Part shown: in pieces, positions 49,114-59,111 of the stretch
Numbering within the stretch: the stretch's first letter is position 1
Layout of the letters: every line of letters begins with the position of its first letter
Source: an uncultured delta proteobacterium
GTDB taxonomy: Bacteria > Desulfobacterota > Binatia > UBA9968
Direction of reading: 5' to 3'
DNA: 64,000 nucleotides
Assembly (NCBI GenBank): GCA_963745835.1
Contig: CAVUZH010000013.1
Location: forward strand, 854,926-918,925
Notes under the pieces: generated by a model
Databases searched by the model: none
What the model was told of the DNA's origin: nothing
The model's input: only the letters and a program-made list of their open reading frames with translations
Program-made: the position numbers and the translations under genes

Positions 49114-50931
49114 ATGAAGTTGCTGCACAAAATCATTTTTTGGTCTCATCTGATCGCCGGCATCGTTGCCGGAGCGGTGATTTTTCTCATGTCGGCCACC
49201 GGCGTGATCCTCATGTACGAGCATCAGCTTGTCGAGTACGCCGAGCGCGACGTTCGCGATGTTGTGCCGCCGGCCGGCGCTGCCCGGTTAAGCTTGGACG
49301 AGATAGTCGCTAAAGCGCGCGCGCAAAATCCGGACGCTCGGCCGACTGGCCTGGTTCTGCGAAATCAAGCCACTGCTTCGGTCGCGGTCGGATTCGGTCG
49401 CGAAGGCGCCGTTTACGTCAATCCTTATAACGGCGCAGTGCTGGGCAGGGGCTCGAAGCTCCACGACTGGTTTCACGACGTGATCGATTGGCACCGCTGG
49501 CTCGGGAGGGAAGGCGAGGAGCGAGCGACGGCGCGTGCGATCACCGGGGCCTGCAATCTTGCCTTCTTTTGGCTTGCCATTACCGGAGTCTATCTCTGGT
49601 GGCCGCGCAGTTGGCACTGGCGAGGATTGAAATCCAGTCTTCTTTTCGATCCTCGCCTGCGCGGCAAAGCGCGGGATTGGAACTGGCACAACGTCATCGG
49701 TTTCTGGTCTTCAGGCGTGCTGGTCCTGCTGACGCTCACCGCGGCGGTGATGTCGTATCAGTGGGCCAACGATCTTCTTTACACGTTGACCGGTAGCGAG
49801 CCGCCGCCCAGAGCGCAAGCGCCCGGTCCGACGGCGCAGGCGCAGCAACGCCCCAGCGGGGGCGAAGCGAGCGAGCATAAACCGTTGGCCAGCTTCGATG
49901 CGTTCTTCGCTCGCGCGGAACAGCAGGCGCCCGGCTGGGTAATGACGATGATGCGTATGCCGCCGCGCGTCGACGGCCCGGTCACCTTACTGATCCAGGA
50001 GCGATCGGCGCCCCACATGTTTGCGCGCTCGCAGCTCACCCTGAACCGGACCAGCGCTGAAATCGTCAAGTGGGAACCCTACGCCGCTGCCAGCGCCGGC
50101 CGCAAACTGCGCCTCTGGGTGCGCGGCCTTCACACCGGCGAGGCTCTCGGGTTTATCGGTCAGACCGTCGCTGGTCTGGCGTCGTTCGGCGGCTGCTTCC
50201 TGGTGTGGACCGGAATGGCAATGGCATGGCGGCGCTTTCGCTACCGTAAGCGCGACGCCGAAGATGCGAATAGCGTTCAATATCCCTACGTCGCGGAAGA
50301 AGCCCACCAGGTAAAGGTACAAAGCCTGCAACCCGACATCAGTCAACCATCAAAGGAGCCAGCGAGGATCGAGATGGAAGAAGCGAACGCCACCGCAACC
50401 AATGGCCATGCAGAGAACGGCAACCAAGATATGCGCGCTCAATGGAGCAACCAGCCCTACAGCCGCGATTCGGTTTTGATCCTCTACGGTACCGTCACCG
50501 GAACCGCCGAGACGCTGGCGCATAAACTGGCGGCGGAGCTGCAATGGACGGGCATCACAACGCGGGTGCGTGATATGGCCCATTGTCAATCTAGCGTGTT
50601 GACTCAGGTAGGCTGCGTGTTGCTCGTGGTCAGTACCTACGGCGATGGCGAACCGCCAGAAGATGCCGTCCCGTTTTGGAAAGCGGTGGTGCACGGCAAC
50701 GATCTCGACTTACGAGGCGTTCGCTACTCCGTACTCGCACTCGGTAATACGACCTTTGATCACTTCTGCAAGTGCGGCCGCGAGTTCGATGCCGCGCTGG
50801 AACGGCACGGCGCTATGCGCATCTATCCACGTGTCGATTGCGATGTCGATTACGAGGTGGCGGCCAAGCATTGGCTCGATGGGGTGCGGGCGCATCTCAC
50901 TCTGCAGGAGCACAGCGCCTTGCCTGCGTAA
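49114..50931 (+). CDS. PepSY-associated TM protein fused to a flavodoxin domain (PiuB-like)
   Basis: FWSHL..G, YVNPY.G, WHRWL, WHNVIG, LHTGE; then ILYGTVTGTAE, STYGDGEPP, LGN..FDHFC. Confidence 0.85.
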   Translation: MKLLHKIIFWSHLIAGIVAGAVIFLMSATGVILMYEHQLVEYAERDVRDVVPPAGAARLSLDEIVAKARAQNPDARPTGLVLRNQATASVAVGFGREGAVYVNPYNGAVLGRGSKLHDWFHDVIDWHRWLGREGEERATARAITGACNLAFFWLAITGVYLWWPRSWHWRGLKSSLLFDPRLRGKARDWNWHNVIGFWSSGVLVLLTLTAAVMSYQWANDLLYTLTGSEPPPRAQAPGPTAQAQQRPSGGEASEHKPLASFDAFFARAEQQAPGWVMTMMRMPPRVDGPVTLLIQERSAPHMFARSQLTLNRTSAEIVKWEPYAAASAGRKLRLWVRGLHTGEALGFIGQTVAGLASFGGCFLVWTGMAMAWRRFRYRKRDAEDANSVQYPYVAEEAHQVKVQSLQPDISQPSKEPARIEMEEANATATNGHAENGNQDMRAQWSNQPYSRDSVLILYGTVTGTAETLAHKLAAELQWTGITTRVRDMAHCQSSVLTQVGCVLLVVSTYGDGEPPEDAVPFWKAVVHGNDLDLRGVRYSVLALGNTTFDHFCKCGREFDAALERHGAMRIYPRVDCDVDYEVAAKHWLDGVRAHLTLQEHSALPA

Positions 50932-50947
50932 ACTCAAGGAGAGCCTC

Positions 50948-51625
50948 ATGTCAAAGACGATTTTGCTCGTTGTTGTGCTCGTGACTCTCTTTCTTGTTTC
51001 TTCAGCCCGCGCCCACTACGTCTGGCTCGAACGCGACGGCGATGGACCGGCGCGTGCCTACCTCGGCGAGTGGGTCGACGACATCCGCGAGAAAACCGGC
51101 GGCATGCTCGATCGGATCAAAGCCCCGCGGGTTTTACTCGGCGCGAATACTGAATCCCTGCCGGTCAAGCGGAACGAAAATAACCTGGAGTTCCAGACCA
51201 AAGGACGCGGCGACGTTCGGCTTGTGGAAGACAGCATGCCGCCGCGGGAGGACAAGGAGAAAGGCGGCATTACAAAGACGATCTATTACGCCAAGGCGGG
51301 TCGCAGTGAAACCGCCGCTAAGCTCGACTTGGAGTTCGTGCCGACGGCGCCGAACGGTAATATCTTGGTGCTCATGTTCCGCGGCGCGCCGCTGCCGAAG
51401 GCCGAGGTGACCATCGTCGGTCCCTCCAAATGGCAGAAGCCTTTGGTCACCAACGACAAAGGTCAGATCACTTTGCCCACGCCCTGGGCCGGAAGGTACG
51501 TGCTGGAGGTCACGCATTTCGACGAGAAGGCCGGCGGCGACAACGAGAAGTTTGATCGCATGCGCCACATCTCATCCCTCTCATTCGTACATCGGGACGG
51601 AATTCGTTGGTCCGACAAACAGTAA
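50948..51625 (+). CDS. DUF4198-like exported protein
   Basis: Signal peptide ending ARA-HYVW, F.G.PL..A.V, T..KG......PWAG.Y; AGGAG RBS before ATG 50948. Confidence 0.75.
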   Translation: MSKTILLVVVLVTLFLVSSARAHYVWLERDGDGPARAYLGEWVDDIREKTGGMLDRIKAPRVLLGANTESLPVKRNENNLEFQTKGRGDVRLVEDSMPPREDKEKGGITKTIYYAKAGRSETAAKLDLEFVPTAPNGNILVLMFRGAPLPKAEVTIVGPSKWQKPLVTNDKGQITLPTPWAGRYVLEVTHFDEKAGGDNEKFDRMRHISSLSFVHRDGIRWSDKQ

Positions 51626-52311
51626 CCGAGGAAATGCACGATGATTCCTATTGTCGATAAGTCATGGCTACATATCTAGCACGGCTCGCTTTCCGAGATG
51701 AAGATCCGCAGCGTAACCGCTCCGCTCGAACAGTGCTTCCATAAAGCTCCTGCGTCGAGTTCGCTATAGCGATCACCGTGGCTCTCATTCGCACCGCGTC
51801 ATGACCAAGATTAACTGCTTGCCAATCCGCGGGCGGCCACAGAAAACGGCTGATTGTCATTAGCAATGATCGCTGTTGTAGGAGATTTTCAATTCTGGAG
51901 GAGGCATGGTTTTTAAACCGTGGATCGAAAAGGACGGCATTTCTATGGGCACGCCGAGGCTGTTCCTGACGTCACGATCCTGAAATCCGCTATTTGGCTG
52001 GAACGCAAATACGGAGAAGCGCCGAGCCTCAAAACTGCAGGGATCATTTCTCCCCACTAGCTCGTGCTGTCGCTGAGAAAGCAAGCCGGGCGCAAAGGCG
52101 CTGCTGTTCGACCTTTACATGTCACAGGCTTTGAGGTGGTGACGGGAGGCAAGGCACTTTGGCGCCGATCAGCAGAGGACCCAAGCCACTGATTTCGTGA
52201 GACGTTAGGCAGGACCTCAATATCTTCCGGAGATAAGCTTTGGGTTCGTTTAGCTCTCCGCTCTCAGTCGCTAAGATTACTGGGTTATCATACCTGCATT
52301 TCACCTGGGTG

Positions 52312-52337
52312 GAAATTTTTCAAAGTTGAAAAATTTC
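52312..52337. promoter_or_regulatory. perfect palindrome, probable operator
   Basis: GAAATTTTTCAA-AG-TTGAAAAATTTC. Confidence 0.5.
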
Positions 52338-52370
52338 ATCCGCGCGCGCTCGATTCCAAGCAAGGTTCAG

Positions 52371-52386
52371 TGGCACAAGTAGTGCT
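52371..52386 (+). promoter_or_regulatory. sigma54-like promoter
   Basis: TGGCAC-AAGTA-GTGCT (GG-N10-GC). Confidence 0.5.
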
Positions 52387-52413
52387 CTGCCTCAAACACA
52401 GAGGTCAGCGGTC

Positions 52414-52550
52414 ATGAACTCAGGGAGCCGGACATCAGAACTCACTGACCACAAAAGCGCGCGGCCCGATCCTGCTGCAAGACAGGCTGCTGCTAAAACA
52501 CGCCTACTTTCAACCGTCAGCGCATTCCAGAGCGTGTGGCTACTCCTCGA
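52414..52550 (+). pseudogene. monofunctional heme catalase N-terminal remnant
   Basis: QNSLTTKARGPILLQDRLLLKHAYF / frameshift / FNRQRIPERVA, matching catalase QNSLTAG.RGP.LLQD...EKLAHFNRERIPERVVH. Confidence 0.7.
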
Positions 52551-52673
52551 GCGGTCCCGCTACCTGGCGTTATTGCAGAGACCCACGAGATAAGTATCGC
52601 GGAACCGTCATCGGGCGTTGACCCGCGGCGATCAGGTGCGCCTGTTCGTGTTCAAATAGGGAAATGTAAATAC

Positions 52674-53150
52674 TTAGCCCTTTTTGAATATCTGCTGCGC
52701 CAGGTAGTTCTCATAGCCAACTTCCTTGATCTGATGAAACTGCGTTTCGATCCAATCGATATGGTGCTCTTCATCAACGACTATATGTTCGAGCAACTCC
52801 CGGGTGGCATCGTCGTGAGCATCGAGGCAGGTTTTTATTCCGGGCCTGAGAACCACCAGCGCCGCCTGCTCCAACCCGAGATCGTTCTCTAATTGCTGCT
52901 TGACGTTCGATCCCACCTGGATCTTGTCATAAGCTTGAACGTTCGGCGTGCCTTCGAGAAAAAGAATCCGTTCCACGATTTGATCCGCATGCTTCATTTC
53001 ATCGATGGACTCATTCCAGGCGTGTTCGCCGAGCACGGCATAGCCCCAGTTCTTGCACATTTTCGCGTGAATGAAATACTGATTAATGCCGGTGAGCTCC
53101 TTGCGCAATACCTCGTTCAACACCTTGATGACGTCGGGATTCCCTTTCAT
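52674..53150 (-). CDS. bfr: bacterioferritin
   Basis: MKG...VI..LN..L..ELTGINQYF.H, ESIDEMKHAD, EEHHIDWIETQ. Confidence 0.96.
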   Translation of the reverse strand: MKGNPDVIKVLNEVLRKELTGINQYFIHAKMCKNWGYAVLGEHAWNESIDEMKHADQIVERILFLEGTPNVQAYDKIQVGSNVKQQLENDLGLEQAALVVLRPGIKTCLDAHDDATRELLEHIVVDEEHHIDWIETQFHQIKEVGYENYLAQQIFKKG

Positions 53151-53235
53151 ACCTCGTCCTCCTCGCTTGTAGTGTTATCTAATCTCATACACAGCAATCA
53201 CGGAAGCACAAGACCAAAAGAATGTCGCGCTTGCG

Positions 53236-54027
53236 CTAAATTTTGAATAGCTTGAGGACGTTTCCCGTTGTGATTTGTGCGATCTGTTCCAGCGAAACGG
53301 CTTTTATTTTGGCCATAGCCTCGGCGACTAACTTTACGTATGCTGGCTCGTTGCGCTTGCCGCGATGAGGCACCGGAGTGAGATAAGGCGAGTCGGTTTC
53401 GATAAGTATTTTTTCTAAAGGCACTTGTCGCACCACATCGCGGAGAGGCCCGGCGTTTTTGAACGTGATAATCCCGGTAAAGGAGAGATAAAATCCCAAA
53501 TCCAAGTAGGCGCAGGCAGCCTCGTAATTCCCGGTGAAGCAATGAATGACGCCGAGCAAATTTCCACGTCCTTCCGAACGTAAGAGTCGAGCAACATCCT
53601 GCGCAGCATCTCGTTCATGGACGACGAGCGGCAATCGGGTCTGGAGCGCCAGTTGAATGAAATCGACGAAGACTCGCCGCTGAACATCGTGCGGTGAATG
53701 ACTGTAGTAATAGTCCAGACCCGTTTCCCCCACTGCGATCACTTTCGGATGCACAGTCAGATCTCGCAAGCTTTTTAATTCTTCTGGCCCGACATCCTTG
53801 GCGTCGTGGGGATGCATGCCAACCGTGGCGTAGACGCTCTCATACGAATCGGCCAGCGCCACAGCGTCATGGTTGCTCGACATCTCACCGGCGCCGCCGA
53901 CGGCAATTATTTTATCGATTCCCGCCTCGCCCGCGCGCGCGATTACCGCTTCAACCTCGCCTGCGTACTCCTTTCCTTGAATATGGGCGTGACTATCTAC
54001 AAGGATGAGACTTTCGAGGTCAGTCAT
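53236..54027 (-). CDS. tatD: TatD-family hydrolase
   Basis: DSHAH, GMHPH, AVGETGLDY, GVIHCF, ETDSPYL.P...RGKRNEP; start MTDLE 54027. Confidence 0.92.
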   Translation of the reverse strand: MTDLESLILVDSHAHIQGKEYAGEVEAVIARAGEAGIDKIIAVGGAGEMSSNHDAVALADSYESVYATVGMHPHDAKDVGPEELKSLRDLTVHPKVIAVGETGLDYYYSHSPHDVQRRVFVDFIQLALQTRLPLVVHERDAAQDVARLLRSEGRGNLLGVIHCFTGNYEAACAYLDLGFYLSFTGIITFKNAGPLRDVVRQVPLEKILIETDSPYLTPVPHRGKRNEPAYVKLVAEAMAKIKAVSLEQIAQITTGNVLKLFKI

Positions 54028-54034
54028 TTGGAAG

Positions 54035-55573
54035 CTATTGATTGCTTGGAGCTTCGATACGCGGGAACAACACTTTCGGACTGTTAACCTTATGGCCGGC
54101 AGCAAACGAATTCCCCCAAGAAGCTTCGAGCGCTGGATCCCCCTCATGCAAAGCAAGCAGCGATTGAAGTTCTTTCGCGGTATCAGGCATGAAAGGCTTC
54201 AGTAGGCGAGCCAAGTGGCAGATCGCCTGAAGCAAGTGGTGCAAAATCTCCCCAACCCGCGCGTGATTAGCGGGATCTTTCATCAGCGTAAATGGCGATG
54301 TCTGCACGATATAACGGTTGGTATGGTCGAGAGCCGCCCAAAGAACTTCCAATGCGCGGTGAAATTGAAGCTCAGCCAAATGGCGTTCGATTTCGCTCTC
54401 GGCTTTCTCATAGACGTTCTTCAGCTCGTTATCTTCATGCGCCCATTGCTTACTTAACGGTTGCACCACCCCGGCAAAGTATTTCCCCTGCATAGCAAGA
54501 ATGCGACTGACTAAGTTGCCGAGGTTATTGGCGAGATCAGCATTATAACGTCCGATCAAGCTTTCTCGTCGAAAATCGGCGTCCTGTCCGAAGACGCTCT
54601 CGCGAAGCATGAAATAGCGAAATGCATCCATGCCAATCGTGTGCTTCATTTCTAATGGCGAAACGGTGTTGCCAAGACTCTTCGACATCTTCTTACCTTC
54701 AACCGTCCAATAACCATGGACATTGAGGTGCCTATAAAGTGGAAGCCCTGCAGCCAATAGCATCGTAGGCCAGAACACGCCATGCGGTTTGACGATGTCC
54801 TTGCCAATGAAGTGTTGTGCTTCAGGCCAAAATTTTTGAAAGTCGCTTTCGCCTCTGCGCTTCAAAGCGCTGACGTAGTTGATCAGCGCGTCAAACCAAA
54901 CGTAGATCACGTAACGGTTGTCGAAAGGAAGCTCGATCCCCCAGGTAAGCCGGCTCTTGGGACGGGATATGCAGAGGTCTTCGATCGGCTCACGCAGCAT
55001 TGCAAGCACTTCATTCTTATATCCCTCTGGCCTGATGAACTGAGGATGGCTTTCGATGTGGCGCAGTAATTGATCTTGGTACTTGCTCATCCGGAAGAAA
55101 TAATTCTCTTCCTCGATCAGTTTGGGTTCGATCAAATGGTCCGGGCATTTGCCATTGACTAATTCTTTATCCGTGTAAAAGCGTTCGCAGCCAAAACAAT
55201 AAAGCCCGCTATAACGATCGAAATAAATATCTCCGGATTGATAGACGCTGCTGAGCAATTCCTCCACATAGCGGATGTGATAGTCATCAGTGGTGCGGAT
55301 AAAATGATCGTACGAAAATCCGCATTCGTCCCATACGGCGCGAAATGTCGTGCTGATTCGATCGGTAAACTCCTTCGGGTCGAGGTTGGCGCTGGCCGCC
55401 GCCTGGGCAATTTTGTCGCCATGCTCGTCAGTGCCGGTGAGGTAAAAAGTTTCATATCCCTTGGCGCGGTAATATCGCACCAAGGTATCCGAAAGAATCA
55501 TTGTATAGGCGCTGCCCAAATGCGGTTCTGCATTGACATAATACAGCGGCGTCGTAATGTAGATTCTGTCCAT
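54035..55573 (-). CDS. metG: methionyl-tRNA synthetase (short form, no C-terminal tRNA-binding domain)
   Basis: YITTPLYYVN..PHLGSAY, GTDEHG.K, YVWFDAL..Y, KMSKS. Confidence 0.96.
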   Translation of the reverse strand: MDRIYITTPLYYVNAEPHLGSAYTMILSDTLVRYYRAKGYETFYLTGTDEHGDKIAQAAASANLDPKEFTDRISTTFRAVWDECGFSYDHFIRTTDDYHIRYVEELLSSVYQSGDIYFDRYSGLYCFGCERFYTDKELVNGKCPDHLIEPKLIEEENYFFRMSKYQDQLLRHIESHPQFIRPEGYKNEVLAMLREPIEDLCISRPKSRLTWGIELPFDNRYVIYVWFDALINYVSALKRRGESDFQKFWPEAQHFIGKDIVKPHGVFWPTMLLAAGLPLYRHLNVHGYWTVEGKKMSKSLGNTVSPLEMKHTIGMDAFRYFMLRESVFGQDADFRRESLIGRYNADLANNLGNLVSRILAMQGKYFAGVVQPLSKQWAHEDNELKNVYEKAESEIERHLAELQFHRALEVLWAALDHTNRYIVQTSPFTLMKDPANHARVGEILHHLLQAICHLARLLKPFMPDTAKELQSLLALHEGDPALEASWGNSFAAGHKVNSPKVLFPRIEAPSNQ

Positions 55574-56559
55574 CAGGGTCTTTCAACAGCTCGGAGCAAT
55601 AGATCCTCGAGTACCATCCGCCGGTTAACGTTTCTTTGAATCAGCCGTGATGCCTCGCCCGTCTTAAAGAACAACGAGAATAGATCATCCTCGGAGATGC
55701 CAGCGGCCTGTTCTGCTATTTGCGGCAGCATATCAATATTAACAATATGATCCGTTACGGGAGCGATTCGGAAGCTTAGTAAATCACGATACCAAAGTCC
55801 CGCCCATTCTAAGAACTTCAGTGTCTCCTCACGATTTCCGGCAAGCGTTTCGGCCGCGTTTAAGGCTGCGCGGTAGTCTCCCGCCTTTAAGGAAGACAGC
55901 GTCTTCATCCAGTCGAGCCTCTTTTCGATCATCCTTTCGTTATCGAACTTGGTAACCGCCCCTAAACTTCCCATCGCCAAAGCGGCGAGGAATTCCGCCT
56001 GCTCCTTGGTCTTACCCTTGCGGGAGATTAAAAAGCTGACCATCCGGTGCCGTGGCAGTGCGGCGAAAGAAAGAGCGAAAGTGCGCGAGCGCACGGTCGG
56101 GAGCAGACCTCCAGCGTTAGAGGCGATCAGGATCAAAACGCAGCCTTGCGGCGGCTCTTCCAATGTCTTCAGCAATGCATTCTGTGCAGGCCAGTTCATC
56201 AAAGTCGCGGGATCGATAATCGCCACTTTCTGGCGACCGGAAAAGGACCGAAGACTGAGCGCTTTCTCGAGTTCGCGCACCTGCTGAATGCTGATATCTT
56301 TCTTGTTGGATAGAGGTTCCAAGATGCGGACATCGGCATGATTGCCTGTTTGAATGGCCCGACAGGCACCGCAGGCGCCGCAGAAGTCAGTCTCCAGCTC
56401 CGCGCAGTGGATCGCCTGAGCCATGGCCAGCGCAAGAGTTCTCTTGCCAATGCCATCAGGCCCGATAAATAGATATGCCTGATGCAATCGGCCGGTGAGG
56501 AAGGATTGGCGCAACGTTTCTAATTGTTTCTCGTGACCGACGATTTCGGAAAGGCCCAT
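55573..56559 (-). CDS. holB: DNA polymerase III delta' subunit
   Basis: AYLF.GPDGIGK, CG.C..C, H.D, NALLKTLEEPP, LLPTVRSR. Confidence 0.92.
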   Translation of the reverse strand: MGLSEIVGHEKQLETLRQSFLTGRLHQAYLFIGPDGIGKRTLALAMAQAIHCAELETDFCGACGACRAIQTGNHADVRILEPLSNKKDISIQQVRELEKALSLRSFSGRQKVAIIDPATLMNWPAQNALLKTLEEPPQGCVLILIASNAGGLLPTVRSRTFALSFAALPRHRMVSFLISRKGKTKEQAEFLAALAMGSLGAVTKFDNERMIEKRLDWMKTLSSLKAGDYRAALNAAETLAGNREETLKFLEWAGLWYRDLLSFRIAPVTDHIVNIDMLPQIAEQAAGISEDDLFSLFFKTGEASRLIQRNVNRRMVLEDLLLRAVERP

Positions 56560-56577
56560 GGTTCGTTGTACTAGTTT

Positions 56578-57225
56578 TTAGCTTGACAAATCTAGTCTCC
56601 GATCGACAATCTCTTTGACTGCTGCGAATACTTCTTGCTCCGATTGCGAAGCATCAATGACATAAAATCGCGCCGGTTCCGCTCGCGCTAAATCTAAAAA
56701 GCCCCGACGCACTTTTTCGTGAAACTCTAAATTCTCGTTTTCAAAACGATCGTTATTCTTGGCTATCGATGGATCCGACCGACGATGGATCGTACGGGAC
56801 AGCCCTAAATCTACGGGACAGTCGAGCAAAAACGTTAAATCGGGTGTGAGACCCTGGCTGGCGACCCGATTCAGTGTCAGCAGTAATTGAACCTCAAAGC
56901 CGCGGCCGTAACCCTGGTACGCCACCGTTGAGTCTGTGTATCGATCGGACAGAACAATCTTACCCTGTATGATCGCGGGCGCGATCACTTCATGGACATG
57001 CTGGGCGCGGTCGGCCAAGTACAGAAAGAGCTCGGTCGACGAGCTGATCGGCCGGTTGCCGCTTTCTAATAGAATTTTGCGCAGGAGTTGACCCAGCGAA
57101 GTGCCGCCTGGTTCTCGCGTCGTTAGGCAGGATTTACCTTGCGCGATCAGGTGCTTTTCGAGCAATCTAATTTGCGTGGATTTACCGGTGCCGTCACCGC
57201 CTTCAAAAGTGATGAAACCAACCAT
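56578..57225 (-). CDS. tmk: thymidylate kinase
   Basis: FITFEGGDGTGKSTQ, REPGGT, DRAQH, DRY.DS..AYQG. Confidence 0.95.
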   Translation of the reverse strand: MVGFITFEGGDGTGKSTQIRLLEKHLIAQGKSCLTTREPGGTSLGQLLRKILLESGNRPISSSTELFLYLADRAQHVHEVIAPAIIQGKIVLSDRYTDSTVAYQGYGRGFEVQLLLTLNRVASQGLTPDLTFLLDCPVDLGLSRTIHRRSDPSIAKNNDRFENENLEFHEKVRRGFLDLARAEPARFYVIDASQSEQEVFAAVKEIVDRRLDLSS

Positions 57226-57318
57226 AGATCTGATCAACAGCAGGCTGTTTGCCGGGCGTGTACCTTTGTACCACGCCGATGCGGGGGTAGAAATGGCTGA
57301 GGTGAGATTGAGCCGGTG

Positions 57319-57702
57319 CTAGTTCTTGCTTTCGCCTAGGAGCAGATTGATCCCATTGACCAGCTGCGTACTCGTGAAGGGCTTGGTAATGTAGTAATCG
57401 GCGCCTAACTTATACCCGCCAAGAACATCTTCGTATTGCACCTTGGCAGTTAGCAGGATTACAGGAATAGAGGCCGTCTCTGTGACAGCCTTCAGACGAC
57501 CCAAAACTTCCAATCCGTCCATTTCAGGCATCATGATGTCAAGAATGATCAGATCCGGCTTGCGATCCGTCAAAAGGTTCAGCAATTCCTGGCCGCTCGA
57601 AGCACTCAGCACTTGATAGCCCTTCCCCTCCAAAATGGTTTTGACGATGGTGATGATATCTGGATTATCGTCAACTACCATTATGGTTCGCTGTGTGTCC
57701 AT
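57319..57702 (-). CDS. single-domain response regulator
   Basis: VVDD, PDLIILDIMMPEMDG, LLTA, GADYYITKPF. Confidence 0.92.
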   Translation of the reverse strand: MDTQRTIMVVDDNPDIITIVKTILEGKGYQVLSASSGQELLNLLTDRKPDLIILDIMMPEMDGLEVLGRLKAVTETASIPVILLTAKVQYEDVLGGYKLGADYYITKPFTSTQLVNGINLLLGESKN

Positions 57703-57923
57703 GCGTTCTACTCCCTAGAGCTGCAAGGTCCGACGATTGAGATTGGGTAATTTACCACCTTATCCCAGTAATGTAAATTATTGTTTTGGCTATCTAATAC
57801 GCCCCTTTTCGCAGATTTGCTGTTACGTTTGATCACTTCAGATAGCAACAGTCACAGGATATGCCGGAGACTAGATAACCAGAGGTCGGATGTAGGCGGC
57901 GGGAGAATTGATCGGAATTTACT

Positions 57924-59111
57924 TCAAGGCATTACCGGTCGCCAATAACTCTGAACCACTTCCGAGGGTAAAGATGTGTAAGCGCTGATCAAACCGCTAG
58001 CAGGCACGACACTTGCCGCAGTTTGTAAAGCGGAACGGCTAAAAAGTATTTTGATAGGGCCGTGAATATCGAGTGTCGACGGATTAGTCTCCGAATAAGT
58101 AGCGGTCTCATTGATGATCACCGCACCAATTATCTCTTTGATGCCCGCCTCCATCACTTTTAAGCTTACCCTGCTGCCCGTTACGATGATCAAACCTTCC
58201 CATCGAAACCCGCCTTCCAATATTAGATCGGCATTTCTAGCCACCAAGATCCCAGCACCTGACGAGTTGCTGAGAGTCGCAACCGAATCGGCAGCACCAG
58301 GGGTGCCGTCTATGCAGCGAAGCTGGGGGACAGAGCGGTTGCCCCACTGTTGGTCGGTCAACAATACGGAACCATCTGCGGGAATAGCTGTGAGTTGGGA
58401 ATTTTCTGCTGAACACAGCTCATCAACAAATCGCGCAATCGCTGCGGTCGGCAGATTTTGGGTTTCAGCAATCGTTGCGCCCTGGCGATCAGTTCCGGAA
58501 ATTCTACTGAGTTGGTTCGGTTCCAGCGCCGTCTCGAGTTCTGCCTTAGTAGTTGCATGTGAGACACTGATTCCGGCATATGGCCGGACATTTGGGATTG
58601 GCTTGCTTGTTGCCGGGTCATGATCCATACCCGAGATCGAGAAATCATTGCCGCCCAAGATCGGGTGGCTTGCGTTTCCCCTCAATCCGACGGCGGCGTC
58701 GGCCAATAGAGAACGCTTGATCAGCTCGGCTTGGACGATCTGCGAAGATAGAGCGAACTTGCCAGTAGATCGTACGACGGTCCTGGAGACTAGCGGTGAC
58801 ATGGCCACTGTAGAAATCGTCGCCACAGTGAACGTTCCAGAGGAAATTGCCGAGGAAAAATTCAGTGTCGGCGGCGGATGAACGGTGGTCCTTGCGAGTT
58901 CATTTTTGCTCCACTCGATTCCCGCTTCCGATATGTAGAAGGCAACGTTTTCGGATCGCAAATTTGCTGACATTTGAAAGTTGCTTTGCGTCGAAACGAT
59001 CGCCTGCACGCCCACAGCCATGATCAGCGTCAACAACATCAATGAAGAGTAAAGGACTATCCCACGCTGGTCCGCAATCAGAGCTCTGCTGTAAGTAACG
59101 AAAGCTTGCAT
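57924..59111 (-). CDS. PilX-like type IV pilus minor pilin/assembly protein
   Basis: QRG-IVL..hydrophobic helix, AFY.SEAGIE; C-terminal YW; last of the pilin cluster. Confidence 0.7.
   Translation of the reverse strand: MQAFVTYSRALIADQRGIVLYSSLMLLTLIMAVGVQAIVSTQSNFQMSANLRSENVAFYISEAGIEWSKNELARTTVHPPPTLNFSSAISSGTFTVATISTVAMSPLVSRTVVRSTGKFALSSQIVQAELIKRSLLADAAVGLRGNASHPILGGNDFSISGMDHDPATSKPIPNVRPYAGISVSHATTKAELETALEPNQLSRISGTDRQGATIAETQNLPTAAIARFVDELCSAENSQLTAIPADGSVLLTDQQWGNRSVPQLRCIDGTPGAADSVATLSNSSGAGILVARNADLILEGGFRWEGLIIVTGSRVSLKVMEAGIKEIIGAVIINETATYSETNPSTLDIHGPIKILFSRSALQTAASVVPASGLISAYTSLPSEVVQSYWRPVMP

Noticed and set aside
52020-52084. VGRNDPC resembling a SEC-C motif in ORF 51860..52084
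   Set aside because: Remaining Cys ligands absent and ORF weak; at most a decayed fragment.
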